Shown: positions 1-10,540 of the stretch, in pieces
How the letters are laid out: the number at the start of each line of letters is the position of its first letter
How positions within the stretch are numbered: the stretch's first letter is position 1
Assembly: GCF_006345805.1 (NCBI RefSeq)
Contig: NC_042997.1
Span: 46,996,001-47,060,000 of the forward strand
Source of the DNA: Octopus sinensis
Lineage: Eukaryota
DNA length: 64,000 nt
Direction: 5' to 3'
Program-made: the position numbers and the translations under genes
Notes under the pieces: generated by a model
What the model saw: the letters and a program-made list of their open reading frames with translations, nothing else
Told to the model about the DNA's origin: nothing
Database searches by the model: none

Positions 1-443
1 AGATCTTTTGCAATTGATTTCAAGGACTTACTGGGATTGTAATCAATAGTCTGTTGAACTTGTATAAATGCAGGTGTTCTAATGATTTCAGAGCGTTTAG
101 AATGCTTTTCATGCTTTGATACTGGTGATTCTGTAGCTCCTTACAAACTCAGTAGACGAAAGATCTGGCAACTTTTAAAAATCGTGATATTTGTAAATCG
201 CTATGCTCAGATTTTATAACCGCAATAGCCGCACGCCTCTTCATTTCTTGAGTAAGCTGAGGGTCTACCATTATTATTTTCTGAAACAAAGATTATACAG
301 AGTTAGCAAAAATGCAGCAATGACTCCAAGAAGTTATGTCCTCAAATACCTTACCCTGTATATGTATATATATTGGAAGAGAGGGGCGGAGGGAGAGAGA
401 GAGGTGGGAGAATGAAGAAAACTAGTATATATATTATATTATA

Positions 444-475
<32 letters not shown>

Positions 476-476
<1 letters not shown>

Positions 477-1039
477 CACTAGAGTGTTCCTCATGCCATT
501 TAATAACAACTTTAGCTGTGTGAATTGGTGCATTATCAACCTGAAAGATTGTACTCCTCTCTGGAAACAGTTCTGCAACTATAGGATGGATTTGATGAGA
601 TAAAATGGCAAAATAATCTTGACTATTAATTCTGCCATGAAGGAAAACAATTCGAGTAAAACTCCGACAGTAGCTATCTGACAATTTCGGTTTTTTTCTG
701 GAGATTTGCTTTGACGTGGAGGTTTTTTTTTGCCTCTTTCTCAAAGGTTGTCATTACTTTCAAGATTGTACTTCTTGATACACCAAACATTTCGGCTGTT
801 TTCGCTACGCTACGCTAGCTCCTGCCATACGAGCACCAACAATTTGACCTCTTTGAAAGTCCGATAGATCTGTCATTGTAATGAATTTTAATTACCTTTT
901 TCTGATGATATCTGATAAGAAACAGCAATTTTAGCAAAACATGTTAAGCAACACTAATAATAAATTTAAAAAAAACATAAAAATAAAGTAGATTTTGACG
1001 GTTTTATAGGTATTTGAAAGTTATTTTGTCCAACCCCTG
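476..1039 (-). mobile_element. Internally deleted Tc1-like DNA transposon relic
   Basis: Minus strand begins TA|CAGGGGTTGGACAAAATAA, a Tc1-type end at 1039. The N-terminal HTH reads DLSDFQRGQIVGARMAGASVA/KTAEMFGVSRSTI (~870-760, frameshifted). It then jumps to a DDE-region fragment, IFQVDNAPIHTAKVVIKWHEEH (ORF 451-744). Truncated by (TA)n. Confidence 0.85.
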
Positions 1040-1159
1040 TATATATATGTGTATGTATATATATTCGTTTTCTTTTTAAGAAAATACATAAATCCAGGGA
1101 AGAAGCATACTCTAAGAAGTAGAGCAGTCTATATAAATTACTGGTGAAGGTCGGTTTAA

Positions 1160-1217
1160 AGGGTTACCTTGGATTTCTCGCCATAAAGGGTGCCTTTATG
1201 GCGTATCTTCAGACCCT
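1160..1217 (-). ncRNA. Type I hammerhead ribozyme motif (PLE pseudo-LTR type)
   Basis: Minus strand: AGGGU-CUGAAGA-UA-CGCCAUAAAG(GCACC)CUUUAUGGCG-A-GAAA-UCCAAG-GUA-ACCCU. Stem I is 5 bp, stem II is a perfect 10 bp, stem III is short, and the triplet is GUA. Confidence 0.8.
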
Positions 1218-1815
1218 AGAACCTGTTGGCCTATGACCTCTTTAAAATATGAAGGGGGAAACGATACAGATATAAACAATGGGGATTGTCTCCCTTTAGT
1301 GTTGGCCATCGACTTCTGGCTGTGTCGTCTTCAGTCGTGCACCTGTCGGCTATGAGTGTAAAAGGTAGGAAGTTTTCCCTTTTTTCTCATCAGCGATCAA
1401 TTTTCAATTGTGGTGTATTTATCGCTAATACCGATGTTTCCCTCTATGTTCTTATTTTTCATTTCCTTGCTATTAAATCTGGTTTTGGTCGTTTTGGCTG
1501 CTTCTTCTAGCGTGATAAATTACCTGTTAAAGGGTAGTTTTCTCTTGTGTTTAAATGTACACTATTTTATATTGAATATGTTGTCTATTGACTATTTATA
1601 CACGTTTGGCCACTGGCGGTGATATTTCTAAGAATATTCGCTACCCTATATATGTATCTCACAAATATGATCTTAGCATTCTCGAATAATCAGCTCGGCA
1701 TTAGCCACTTACTGTCGACTGAATCTGCGCTTGCGCGCTAAATTTTGAAAGATTGTAACATATAACAATGAGACACGTGTTATTTGTCTCTGAATTATAA
1801 GTTAGTTATTAAGGC

Positions 1816-1886
1816 CGGTTACTGATGAGAGTTCGCCTACCAAATTATCTTATTTGCTAAAGAAATTTGAAACCTAAGTATAACCG
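1816..1886 (+). ncRNA. Type I hammerhead ribozyme motif
   Basis: CGGUUA-CUGAUGA-GAGUU...AAUUU-GAAA-CCUAA-GUA-UAACCG. Stem I is a perfect 6 bp and the core is intact. Stem II relies on G-U pairs and stem III is minimal. Confidence 0.75.
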
Positions 1887-2170
1887 CAAAAAATAACAAG
1901 GTAAAAGCTTTTATTTTTCATTTCCTTCGAAAATTGCTTTTAAACGTGGTTTTCATCGTTTTGGTTGCTTCTAGCGTGTAAAATTACCTGTTAAAGGGTA
2001 GTTTAAGGGTATATATATATATATATATATATATGTTTGATTAACGAGGAAAGATCCAGAGAAATAGCTACCAGGGTTGCCAAATGTCGCATAAGCACTT
2101 AAGATATTAGTAACCACACATATATGGGTAATAATTCCAAGGAGAAGTGAGACGTGTTTTGGGGAACATA

Positions 2171-2516
2171 AGGGAAATGGAAAATGGAGACAAACGTACA
2201 AGATATTATTTAAATCATTTAGATCACCGACATAGGATCCATTAAAATGAATCCGGGAGGATAAATAAGGTGGAATAATGTATCAATCTCAACAGGGAAG
2301 AGATTAATATATCATTAATAAGCCATTTTTACAAATGTATAAACGGTTTATTAATGAACAGTGTTATTTATAATCTTTTCCCTGATGAGATTGATACAAT
2401 ATTCCACCTTATTTTCCTCCCGGATTAATGTTAATGTATCCATCGAAACATATATGTCGGTGATATAACTGATTTAAATAACATCTTGTACGGTTGTCTC
2501 CATTATCCATTTCTCT

Positions 2517-2517
<1 letters not shown>
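2171..2517. repeat. Imperfect ~350-bp palindrome (foldback) carrying an HHR in the right arm
   Basis: 2171-2310 is the reverse complement of ~2369-2517, e.g. cgtacaagatattatttaaatc vs gatttaaataacatcttgtacg. The centre is near 2334. Confidence 0.85.
2376..2463 (+). ncRNA. Type I hammerhead ribozyme motif
   Basis: UUUUCC-CUGAUGA-GAUUGAUACA...UGUAUCCAUC-GAAA-CAUAUAU-GUC-GGUGA. The core is intact, stem III is the palindrome CAUAUAUG, and stem I is weak (2 bp, a mismatch, then 2 bp). Confidence 0.7.
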
Positions 2518-2559
<42 letters not shown>

Positions 2560-2563
<4 letters not shown>

Positions 2564-2880
2564 CGGGAAAGTTTAAGAAAATAAACAAAAGACGAAGGCA
2601 GGTGGAGTACAAACAAACAATGTATTAGTATGGCGCTCAGGAATAGAAATAAAACAAGTCTTTTACGTTTCGAGCCTACGCTCTTCGACAGAAAGATACA
2701 CAGAAAAGAAACAAGGAGAGGGAAAAATTGCGTGTAGGGGCTAAGGATCCAGCATGGCGTTCTGATTTCAGGAGAAGTCAGAGATCGGAGGTCAAACATT
2801 AGAGGTCAGACGTTAGACGCTTGAGGGATAGTAGGGGAGATAACAGGGTCAAGTGACCTCGCTCCAACCTGAAGGTGTGT
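2560..2880 (-). mobile_element. Non-coding interspersed repeat with minimal HHR (PLE pseudo-LTR-like)
   Basis: Unique-complexity block between (TA)n and (TG/TATG)n tracts. It contains the minimal HHR at 2659-2696. Confidence 0.55.
2659..2696 (-). ncRNA. Minimal (dimer-type) hammerhead motif with A6U core variant
   Basis: Minus strand: UCUUU-CUGUCGA-A-GAGC(GUAG)GCUC-GAAA-C-GUA-AAAGA. Stem I is 5 bp, stem II is 4 bp with a tetraloop, and stem III is reduced to the palindrome ACGU. Confidence 0.7.
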
Positions 2881-3244
2881 GTGTGCATAAGAGAGTATGT
2901 ATGTGCATGTGGAAGAGGGCTGGTGGTCTAGACGTGTGTATGTATGTATGATGTGATGTGTAATGTCGTATGGTGTAGTGTAGTGTGGTGTGGGGGAGAG
3001 AGGAGATGAGGAGGGAGGGGAGAGGAGGGGAGGAGAGGAGGAGGGGGAGGTGAGGGAGAGAGGAGGAGGGGGATATATATGTATGTATGCATGTGTGCAT
3101 GTATGTATGTATGTATGTATGTATGTATGTATGTATATATGTATGTATGTATGTATGTATTCGCGAGCTCGCATGCGCACATACAATATGTTATAATGAT
3201 AACTTATGCGCCGATAAATTATATTTACTAATTCCACAATTTAA

Positions 3245-3724
3245 CATCTAGATTTGTTGCGTGCAACTAATTGAGTCCACATGGAAGTGTTCTGATATAT
3301 CTAATAAAAATTATTTTCTTGTCTATGCTTTCCAATAAATTCCGCTGAGTTGCTTTTTCATTTTCCTTCATATTTCAAATGTTAAATGTAATCTGTTGAC
3401 ACGTTGTGTGTAATTGATAGAAACCTTAATCTTAGTCACTCACATTATATAAGTCAGATTATAGAAATTTCGTACAATAAAATTCAATAATTTTTAGAAA
3501 CTTATCTATCTACCGAGCAGGAATCACTAAGTCTTGAGGCTAACACTCTTTCAGTTGAGCAATTTCGACTATTTACCGACAGTATTATAATTCTTAGACA
3601 TATATTGTTTCTAACAGATGATTTCTAAGTAGCTGGAACTATAAATAATGTCTTGTAAATATTAAATTTTAAAATGTATTTTATAGAATATTCCCATGAC
3701 TCGGATGGGTGTTTTTGTCTGAAA
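3245..3724 (+). repeat. ~480-bp AT-rich repeat, copy 1 of an inverted pair
   Basis: Reverse complement of 5083-5561; about 17 differences counted by eye (~96% identity). Confidence 0.92.
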
Positions 3725-4919
3725 GGTTTTTCAACATAATATTTACACACTATGATATACAACCGTATCTATTTAGAGTTCAACCGTTAAAAGTAAATTA
3801 TTTCACATAATTTAGAGTTTGCTGAATTCATATACCATAAACAATATTTTTAGTTATCAAAATGGGAATATTATATGAAATTATACCATATATAATGTGT
3901 TAAATAATAAATAGAGTAAATAAAAATGCATTCAAAATATGCTGTGGTTTATATTATTTTACATCTTTCATTTAGTTTTTCTATTTGTCTGAAATACACG
4001 AGAATAAAAGACCAGGTCCTTTGTACTTTTTTCAAGCACTCCCTTCAAGACCAACCGCTTTTATCCACAGATATTTCAGAATTTGCTCAACGCACAGCAA
4101 TTCTGCTGCTGCTAACACTATTTCTTAAATACAGGCTTTATTCAATAATATAGCTCGTGATATACAAGTAATATGATTGACATGACAGAAAAGTATTTCA
4201 TTGTATTTTATCGACTACTAATGAATTGAGAGTACACGACAGCTCCGAAGTTTATTTATAGCAAATGACAGAACGCCAGTTTCAAGGTTTGTCATCTATT
4301 GGATACAACAGTAATTCTTGTTCTCAAAACACTGCTACCATCTTAAAATACGAAAATGTACTCCCACAAATACAAACACACTAGCAGCACACATACATAT
4401 AAAATGTAGATATGTATATACATTCTTACATACACACACGCAAACATACACATACACACACACACACACGTAGACATACACATACACACATACATGCCTA
4501 AAGACGTAAAGAGGTATGAAAAGTGAATATATATCTATTTAACCACATGACTTCCACAGTATTACAGCCATTTCAGAATCTCCTTCGTGTAGTGTTAATT
4601 TCGGCATGCAAGAAATTATGCATATCCGTTTAATTTAATGCGTAAGCACATCACAATACAATACAATTGTATATTCACAAATTAATACAAATATGGAGAG
4701 CCATAGTGTTTACATTATGTCAGCTCTGTCGATAAAATGCCAACACTTCATGCTGAGATATTCAGAAAAGAATAAAATCAATGTTACCCATACATACTTT
4801 CTTGACAAACTAAAGTTATATTCTGGCAACATGCTTGACATAATGAGATAATTAGAGCCAGTCACAGCATTCTCACGAAACATTGAATTGATATTTTTCG
4901 TAAGATAAATACTCATACA

Positions 4920-6330
4920 TGATAGCCAACTGCGGTAAGATTGTCGACCAGAAAGAGAACATGTACCGCAATGGCTTGTCTCTCTCCCCTATCTCTAATG
5001 ACGAAAGCTACAAGTACCTTGGAATCGATTAGAATGTTGCATACGTTGGTGCTGTGACTGAAGCCAGATTAACAAAAATGTATTTCAGTAAAAACACCCA
5101 TCCGAGTCATGGGAATATTCTATAAAATACATTTTAAAATTTAATACTTACAAGGCATTATTTATAGTTCCAGCTACTTAGAAATCATCTGTTAGAAACA
5201 ATATATGTCTAAGAAATATAATACTGTCGGTAAATAGTCGAAATAGCTCAATTGAAAGAGTGTTAGCCTCAAGACTTAGTGATTCCTGGTCGGTAGATAG
5301 ATAAGTTTCTAAAACTTATTGAATTTTATTGTACGAAATTTCTATAATCTGACTTATATAATGAGAGTGACTAAGATTAAGGTTTCTATCAATTACACAC
5401 AACGTGTCAACAGATTACATTTAACATTTGAAATATGAAGGAAAAACGAAAAAGCAACTCAGCGGAATTTATTGGAAAGCATAGACAAGAAAATAAAATT
5501 TTATTAGATACATCAGAACACTTCCACGTGGACTCAATTGGTTGCACGCAACTCATAGATGACTGCATTTAACAAGATCATATCTCACAATTCTTTTGCA
5601 GTGTTTGAGCTAGTAGCAACGTTTGGGAGACTGGACTGGATACTCGACGAGAATCGCAGCCTCGACATCAAAACCATAAAGGTATTGACCACCACTGATA
5701 ACTTCCACATTAACAACGACAACGATAGGGTCTATGTGCGACGCAGTGATGGCCGTAGAAGCATAAGGTCATTCCAAATAGCTTTTGAATGTCGCATTGT
5801 GTCACTCAGACAACACCTGTTGTAAAGAAAGAAGCGTGTAAATTCCAGGCATGCTGAGAAATGAGATCAACAGATTCTTCAGAGTTGGAGAAGAACTACT
5901 GTGAAGATACTCTGAGCACACAACTGTCTCATGTGATTTAAAGGAGGCTGGATTGGCCTACATAAACTGAAGCTTGGAGGAGAAGCAGACATCACAACAG
6001 TAACAAGCAATGCAAGAGTACACACCCTGCAAGCGAGAGTGTAGCAACAGCATTGGCAGGAAGAGTAGCCTCTCAAAGACCTGTGAGAGATACATTAAAT
6101 ACGTCTTCGAAAGATATGCCATCGTCATCCAGGAACAGGAAATAGATACTAAACACATAATATACGAGAGGGACAAAGATAGCATCAAATCTCCACGTTT
6201 TGAGAGAAAATATTAGCTTTGCTATACCAGTGAGGTAGATATCACCCACAACATCATCAGCTACTCCAAAATGCTTATGAGTTACTACCTGCACCTGAAG
6301 CATGCCGCACAGCAATGTTATCTAAGCGTA
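4920..6330 (+). mobile_element. R4/Dong-clade non-LTR retrotransposon relic (RT end to CCHC), interrupted at 5083-5561
   Basis: ESYKYLGID (RT domain 7, ~5005-5030). After the insertion come AFNKIISHNSFAV...DIKTIKVLTTTDNFHINNDNDRVYVRRSDGRRSIRSFQIAFECRIVSLRQHL, then IQEQEIDTK and a degenerate CxxC...H...C knuckle. Many stops. Confidence 0.8.
5083..5561 (-). repeat. ~480-bp repeat, copy 2 (inverted), inserted in the R4 relic
   Basis: Reverse complement of 3245-3724. It splits collinear R4 RT coding sequence. Confidence 0.92.
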
Positions 6331-6780
6331 GCAACTTTGATAGGGTACACCAAGATGGAAAATATTCTTTATAAAAGCTTTCATATTTCAACGCTAACGG
6401 TGCATGTGTGGAGAAAAGATTTTGAGCAAGAAAAAGATACTGAAGTCTCCACTATATGGAATATTTCAGTTGATAGATCTTGGTACATGCTGCTATCAGA
6501 AAGCAAAAATGCCGTCCACCTATCAGTTTCGCCAATCCATCACCCTGGGTGAGTAATTTATTTATCGACCCCGAAATAATTGAAGACAATGAGATCTCGT
6601 CGGGATTTGTACTCAATTTTCAGTGAGTGGGATGAAATTTCGTTTTGTTAACGTCTAGGTTTATCCACAGATAGGGCAGCAGAACTGGCCGCTTACTGGG
6701 CATATATTACGTTGAAGCAACTCTTAGATGTCACTTGTTGGTAGTATACTCTATGTATATACATATAAACTCACTCATCT

Positions 6781-6864
6781 ATGAATGTATGTATGTATGT
6801 ATGTGTGTATGTATGTATGTATGTATGTATGTATCTATCTATCTATCTATCTAACTATTTACCA

Positions 6865-6948
<84 letters not shown>

Positions 6949-6950
6949 AT
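6781..6950. repeat. (TATG)n/(TATC)n compound microsatellite
   Basis: Direct reading. Confidence 0.95.
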
Positions 6951-7205
6951 ACGAGTTAAGTTGTTCCCGGAAACAACTCGTAGAGCAAAATATCTCGTGA
7001 AGCAGAGCAATAATTTCCCATAGTAGCAATGTTATAAATCATAATTCCCTCCCAGCAAAATATTTTACCTATAAAATTTATAATACTCTTAAATAAATGG
7101 CAATAAAACAACAGTAGAATGTAAAGTACGTTTTATGTAAAGTATAAAGCATATCAAGATCATTTATAATAAAAATATTATTATGTTCGTTTTATGAAAA
7201 CCTTT

Positions 7206-7292
7206 ATGAAACGGTGTGTTAACAACAAACAAGATGAGGGCACATAGCCGTCAAATGTAAATAATGTAAATAATGTACATAATTCTTCATCT

Positions 7293-7296
<4 letters not shown>
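7206..7296 (+). mobile_element. 3' fragment of the tRNA/HHR element family seen at 59583-59870
   Basis: gaaacggtgtgttaacaacaaacaagatgagggcacatagccgtcaaatgtaaataatg matches 59801-59860. Confidence 0.75.
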
Positions 7297-7329
<33 letters not shown>

Positions 7330-7336
7330 GCCAAAA

Positions 7337-7726
7337 TGTTTCAGTCGTTAGACTGTGGACAAGTTGGGTCACCGCCTTGGAGGATTTTCGTCGAATGAAT
7401 CGACCCTAGTATTTATTTTATTTTTTTCTAACGCTGTTAACTATTCTACTAGGTTCTCTTTCGCCAAACTGCTACGTTAGTCGGATGTAAATATGCCAAC
7501 ACCGGTTTTCAAGCGGTGGTGGGGCAGAAACATAGATACGGAAGTACAGGCGCACACGTATAATCATACGGCGGCTTCTTTCAGTTTTCCCTTACCAAAC
7601 TTACTGTTAAGGCTTTGATCCCTGCGTGTCTAGAGTAGAAGACACTCGATCATGTTGCCCCGAATTGGGACTGAACCCAGGGTCATGTGGTTGGGGAGCA
7701 TTTTCTTTACCTCTTAGCCACGCCCG
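7337..7726 (-). mobile_element. Degenerate tRNA-headed SINE (same family as 27513-27925 and 52363-52750)
   Basis: Shares tttcagtc...gact, cttctttcagttt...taccaaa, tagtagaagacact and gggactgaaccc...catgtggttgg blocks with those copies. Confidence 0.75.
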
Positions 7727-7813
7727 CAACAAGAGAAGACATGTAGGATAAAGTGTCACTGAAGGAGGGCTCAAAGGATGTGGCGAAAGAGCTTTGACGA
7801 AGAAACTAAAATA

Positions 7814-7864
<51 letters not shown>

Positions 7865-7867
<3 letters not shown>

Positions 7868-8304
7868 ACACAGATAGAGAAATTAAGGCCAACAGACCAG
7901 ATATAGTTGTCAGAGATCATGAAGAAAAAAATGCTTTCTAATTGATGTATCAATACCGGCAGATGACAACGTGTCTCTAAAAGAAATGGAGAAACTCTCA
8001 AAATACAAAGACCTGGAAATAGAGGTAACTAGAATGTGGAATCTAAAAACAGAAACAATTCCAATCATAGTAGGTGCATTAGGCATGATAAAAAAATATT
8101 CAGACAAATACATAACAAAAACACCAGGACTTACAAACACATATAACATACAGAAAATTGCACTACTAGGCACTGCACACATCCTACGCAGAACACTTTC
8201 CATACAATAACCATCAGAGCATCACAACAAATCACAGCACATACCCAAGGCACACAGAGCTGCGCTCGGTAGTGAAGTGAAAGCACGCTATAAAAATAAA
8301 ACTA

Positions 8305-8309
<5 letters not shown>
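7865..8309 (+). mobile_element. 5'-truncated R4/Dong-clade LINE 3' end (restriction-like endonuclease domain plus 3' UTR)
   Basis: IHTDREIKANRPDIVVRDHEEKKCFLIDVSIPADDNVSLKEMEKLSKYKDLEIEVTRMWNLKTETIPIIVGALGMIKK carries the PD-(D/E)xK REL motif. Flanked on both sides by (AAT)n. Confidence 0.9.
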
Positions 8310-8369
<60 letters not shown>

Positions 8370-9054
8370 GTGGAGTATAAATTAAGACATGACAGAGTTG
8401 GCCAATATCTCCACTGGCTAATAAGTCGGCATTACAATATCAAAACTGCCGACAAGTGGTATAATCACCACCCTGAGGCTGTAACTGAAGGAGAAAATGT
8501 AACCATTCTGTGGGACTTTCCAGTACATACAGACCGAACCATCAAGGCCAATAAACCAGATATTGTTGTGAAAGACCAAAACAATAAAGTTTGCTTATTG
8601 ATCGACGTGAGCATCCCCTGTGATCATAATATCTCAACGAAAGAGTTTGACAAGCTCAGAAAATATAAAGACCTACTCATTGAAATTGAGAAAATGTGGC
8701 ATCTCAAGGCGGTTACAATACCAGTGATCGTAGGAGCACTAGGAATGATCAAGAAGGGAGCCGAAAATTATATGAGTATTGATCCCTGGCTTACCTTCCC
8801 TGCAAGAAGTGCAAAAGATTGTCTTAACTGGTACATCACACGTATTGAGAAGAGCATTGTCGATATGAGAACTGTTGCTGCTCATGTATTTTAATTTAAC
8901 TTTAAAAAAAAAAATGAACGAACTACTGAGTTTGGTTTAATGGCCTACCAATGTATACTATGAGTTTCTTTGCCCTAGGAGTCGGGAAGACACTCGGCAA
9001 GAAATGGAAGCAAATTTGAAAGAAGAAGAAAAAAAAGTAATAATAATAATAATA
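8370..9054 (+). mobile_element. Second 5'-truncated R4/Dong-clade LINE 3' end (different subfamily)
   Basis: YKLRHDRVGQYLHW...LWDFPVHTDRTIKANKPDIVVKDQNNKVCLLIDVSIPCDHNISTKEFDKLRKYKDL...PVIVGALGMIKK. The 3' UTR ends in (AAT)n at 9038-9054. Confidence 0.9.
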
Positions 9055-9150
9055 AAGCTGAAGAGATGACCAGCTATACAGTGCGTGTGTTTATTTAGCA
9101 AAACGCGACTATCTCCAAGTCTAACAATGTATATATATATACATGTTATG

Positions 9151-10467
9151 TCCCTTTTTGTGTTACATTTTTTCTTGCTCGTTTACCCCTCTACGAGTTT
9201 ATTTTATTTTAATTCTCTCGTAGGAAGGCCAAGCTTGACCCTACGTGTTCTGTCTCTGCCTTCGCAACACGTGTCTGCTAGCGACAGCTGATGAAGGGGA
9301 CTTTTCCTTGTGTAGCATGTCCTGTACTTCGTTTTTCTGTTGCACATAATTGTTTTTCCCGTTTTCGTTTTCGTTTCGTCTTGTTCCACGTCTCTGTCCT
9401 CCTGTTGTAACAAAATGTCTTTTCCGTTTTCGGTCTGTTGATTTTTTCGTCTTCCTGTGATGTCCTGTACGTATATATATTTATATATGCATGTATATAT
9501 ACATGTAGATGTCGGTACGTACATATATGTTTGTATGTATGCATATATTTTATTTATTACACTATTGTCTGACAGCGCTTCGCGTCGGGTTCGTTTGAAT
9601 TTTCGATTTTTCGAATTCTCACTTCGTTCAGTCTCTTTCCTCCTTGTCCGTTTTTACAGTTTACTACAATGATGCGAAACTCTCTCCCTTTGCTTTACCT
9701 TCCCCTCTCTCTCTCTCTCTTGCTCTCTCTACCTCACCCTTCTCTCTAGCCTGTGTCTTCCTCTATCTGTCTCTCTCTCTCTCTCTCTCTCACTCCTCCT
9801 CACTTTCGTCACTGCTAAACCTTTCCGCCTGTTGCATTCAGGCCCTAAGGTCAAGTTTCCTCGCGCTCGCCAGTTACCTTCTCGTCCCAGCCAGAACAAA
9901 GGCCTTCGTTCGTCTTTTTCGTTTGTTCTCTTGTTTATTTTTGATTTTTCGTATTGTAATTTAATTCTCGTTATGTATTTTCTTGTACATGTATCTTTAA
10001 TTTTGTATTATTTTTTTCTTGTATTATTTTTTTTGTGCAGTTCTTTGTTACCTCCCTTTTTGTGCTACATTTTTTCTTGCTCGTTTACCCCTCTACGAGT
10101 TTATTTTATTTTAATTCTCTCGTAGGAAGGCCAAGCTTGACCTTACGTGTTCTGTCTCTGCCTTCGCAACACGTGTCTGCTAGCGACAGCTGATGAAGGG
10201 GATTTTTCCTTGTGTAGCATGTCCTGTACTTCGTTTTTCTGTTGCACATAATTGTTTTTCCCGTTTTCGTTTTCGTTTCGTCTTGTTCCACGTTTCTGTC
10301 CTCCTGTTGTAACAAAATGTCTTTTCCGTTTTCGTTCTGTTGATTTTTTTCGTCTTCCTATGATGTCCTGTACGTATATATATTATATATGCATGTATAT
10401 ATACATGTAGATGTCGGTACGTACATATATGTTTGTATGTATGCATATATTTTATTTATTATTACAC

Positions 10468-10470
<3 letters not shown>
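9151..10470 (+). mobile_element. Non-coding element with two ~415-bp direct repeats (9151-9565, 10053-10470) around a ~490-bp pyrimidine-rich core
   Basis: The two copies are near-identical with a period of ~902 bp. No coding capacity. Hairpin-rich, with an HHR-like CUGAUGA in each copy. Confidence 0.85.

Positions 10471-10540
<70 letters not shown>

Noticed and set aside
902-925. CUGAUGA...GAAA inside the Tc1 5' region
   Set aside because: No stem I or III pairing and no NUH in register; a chance match.
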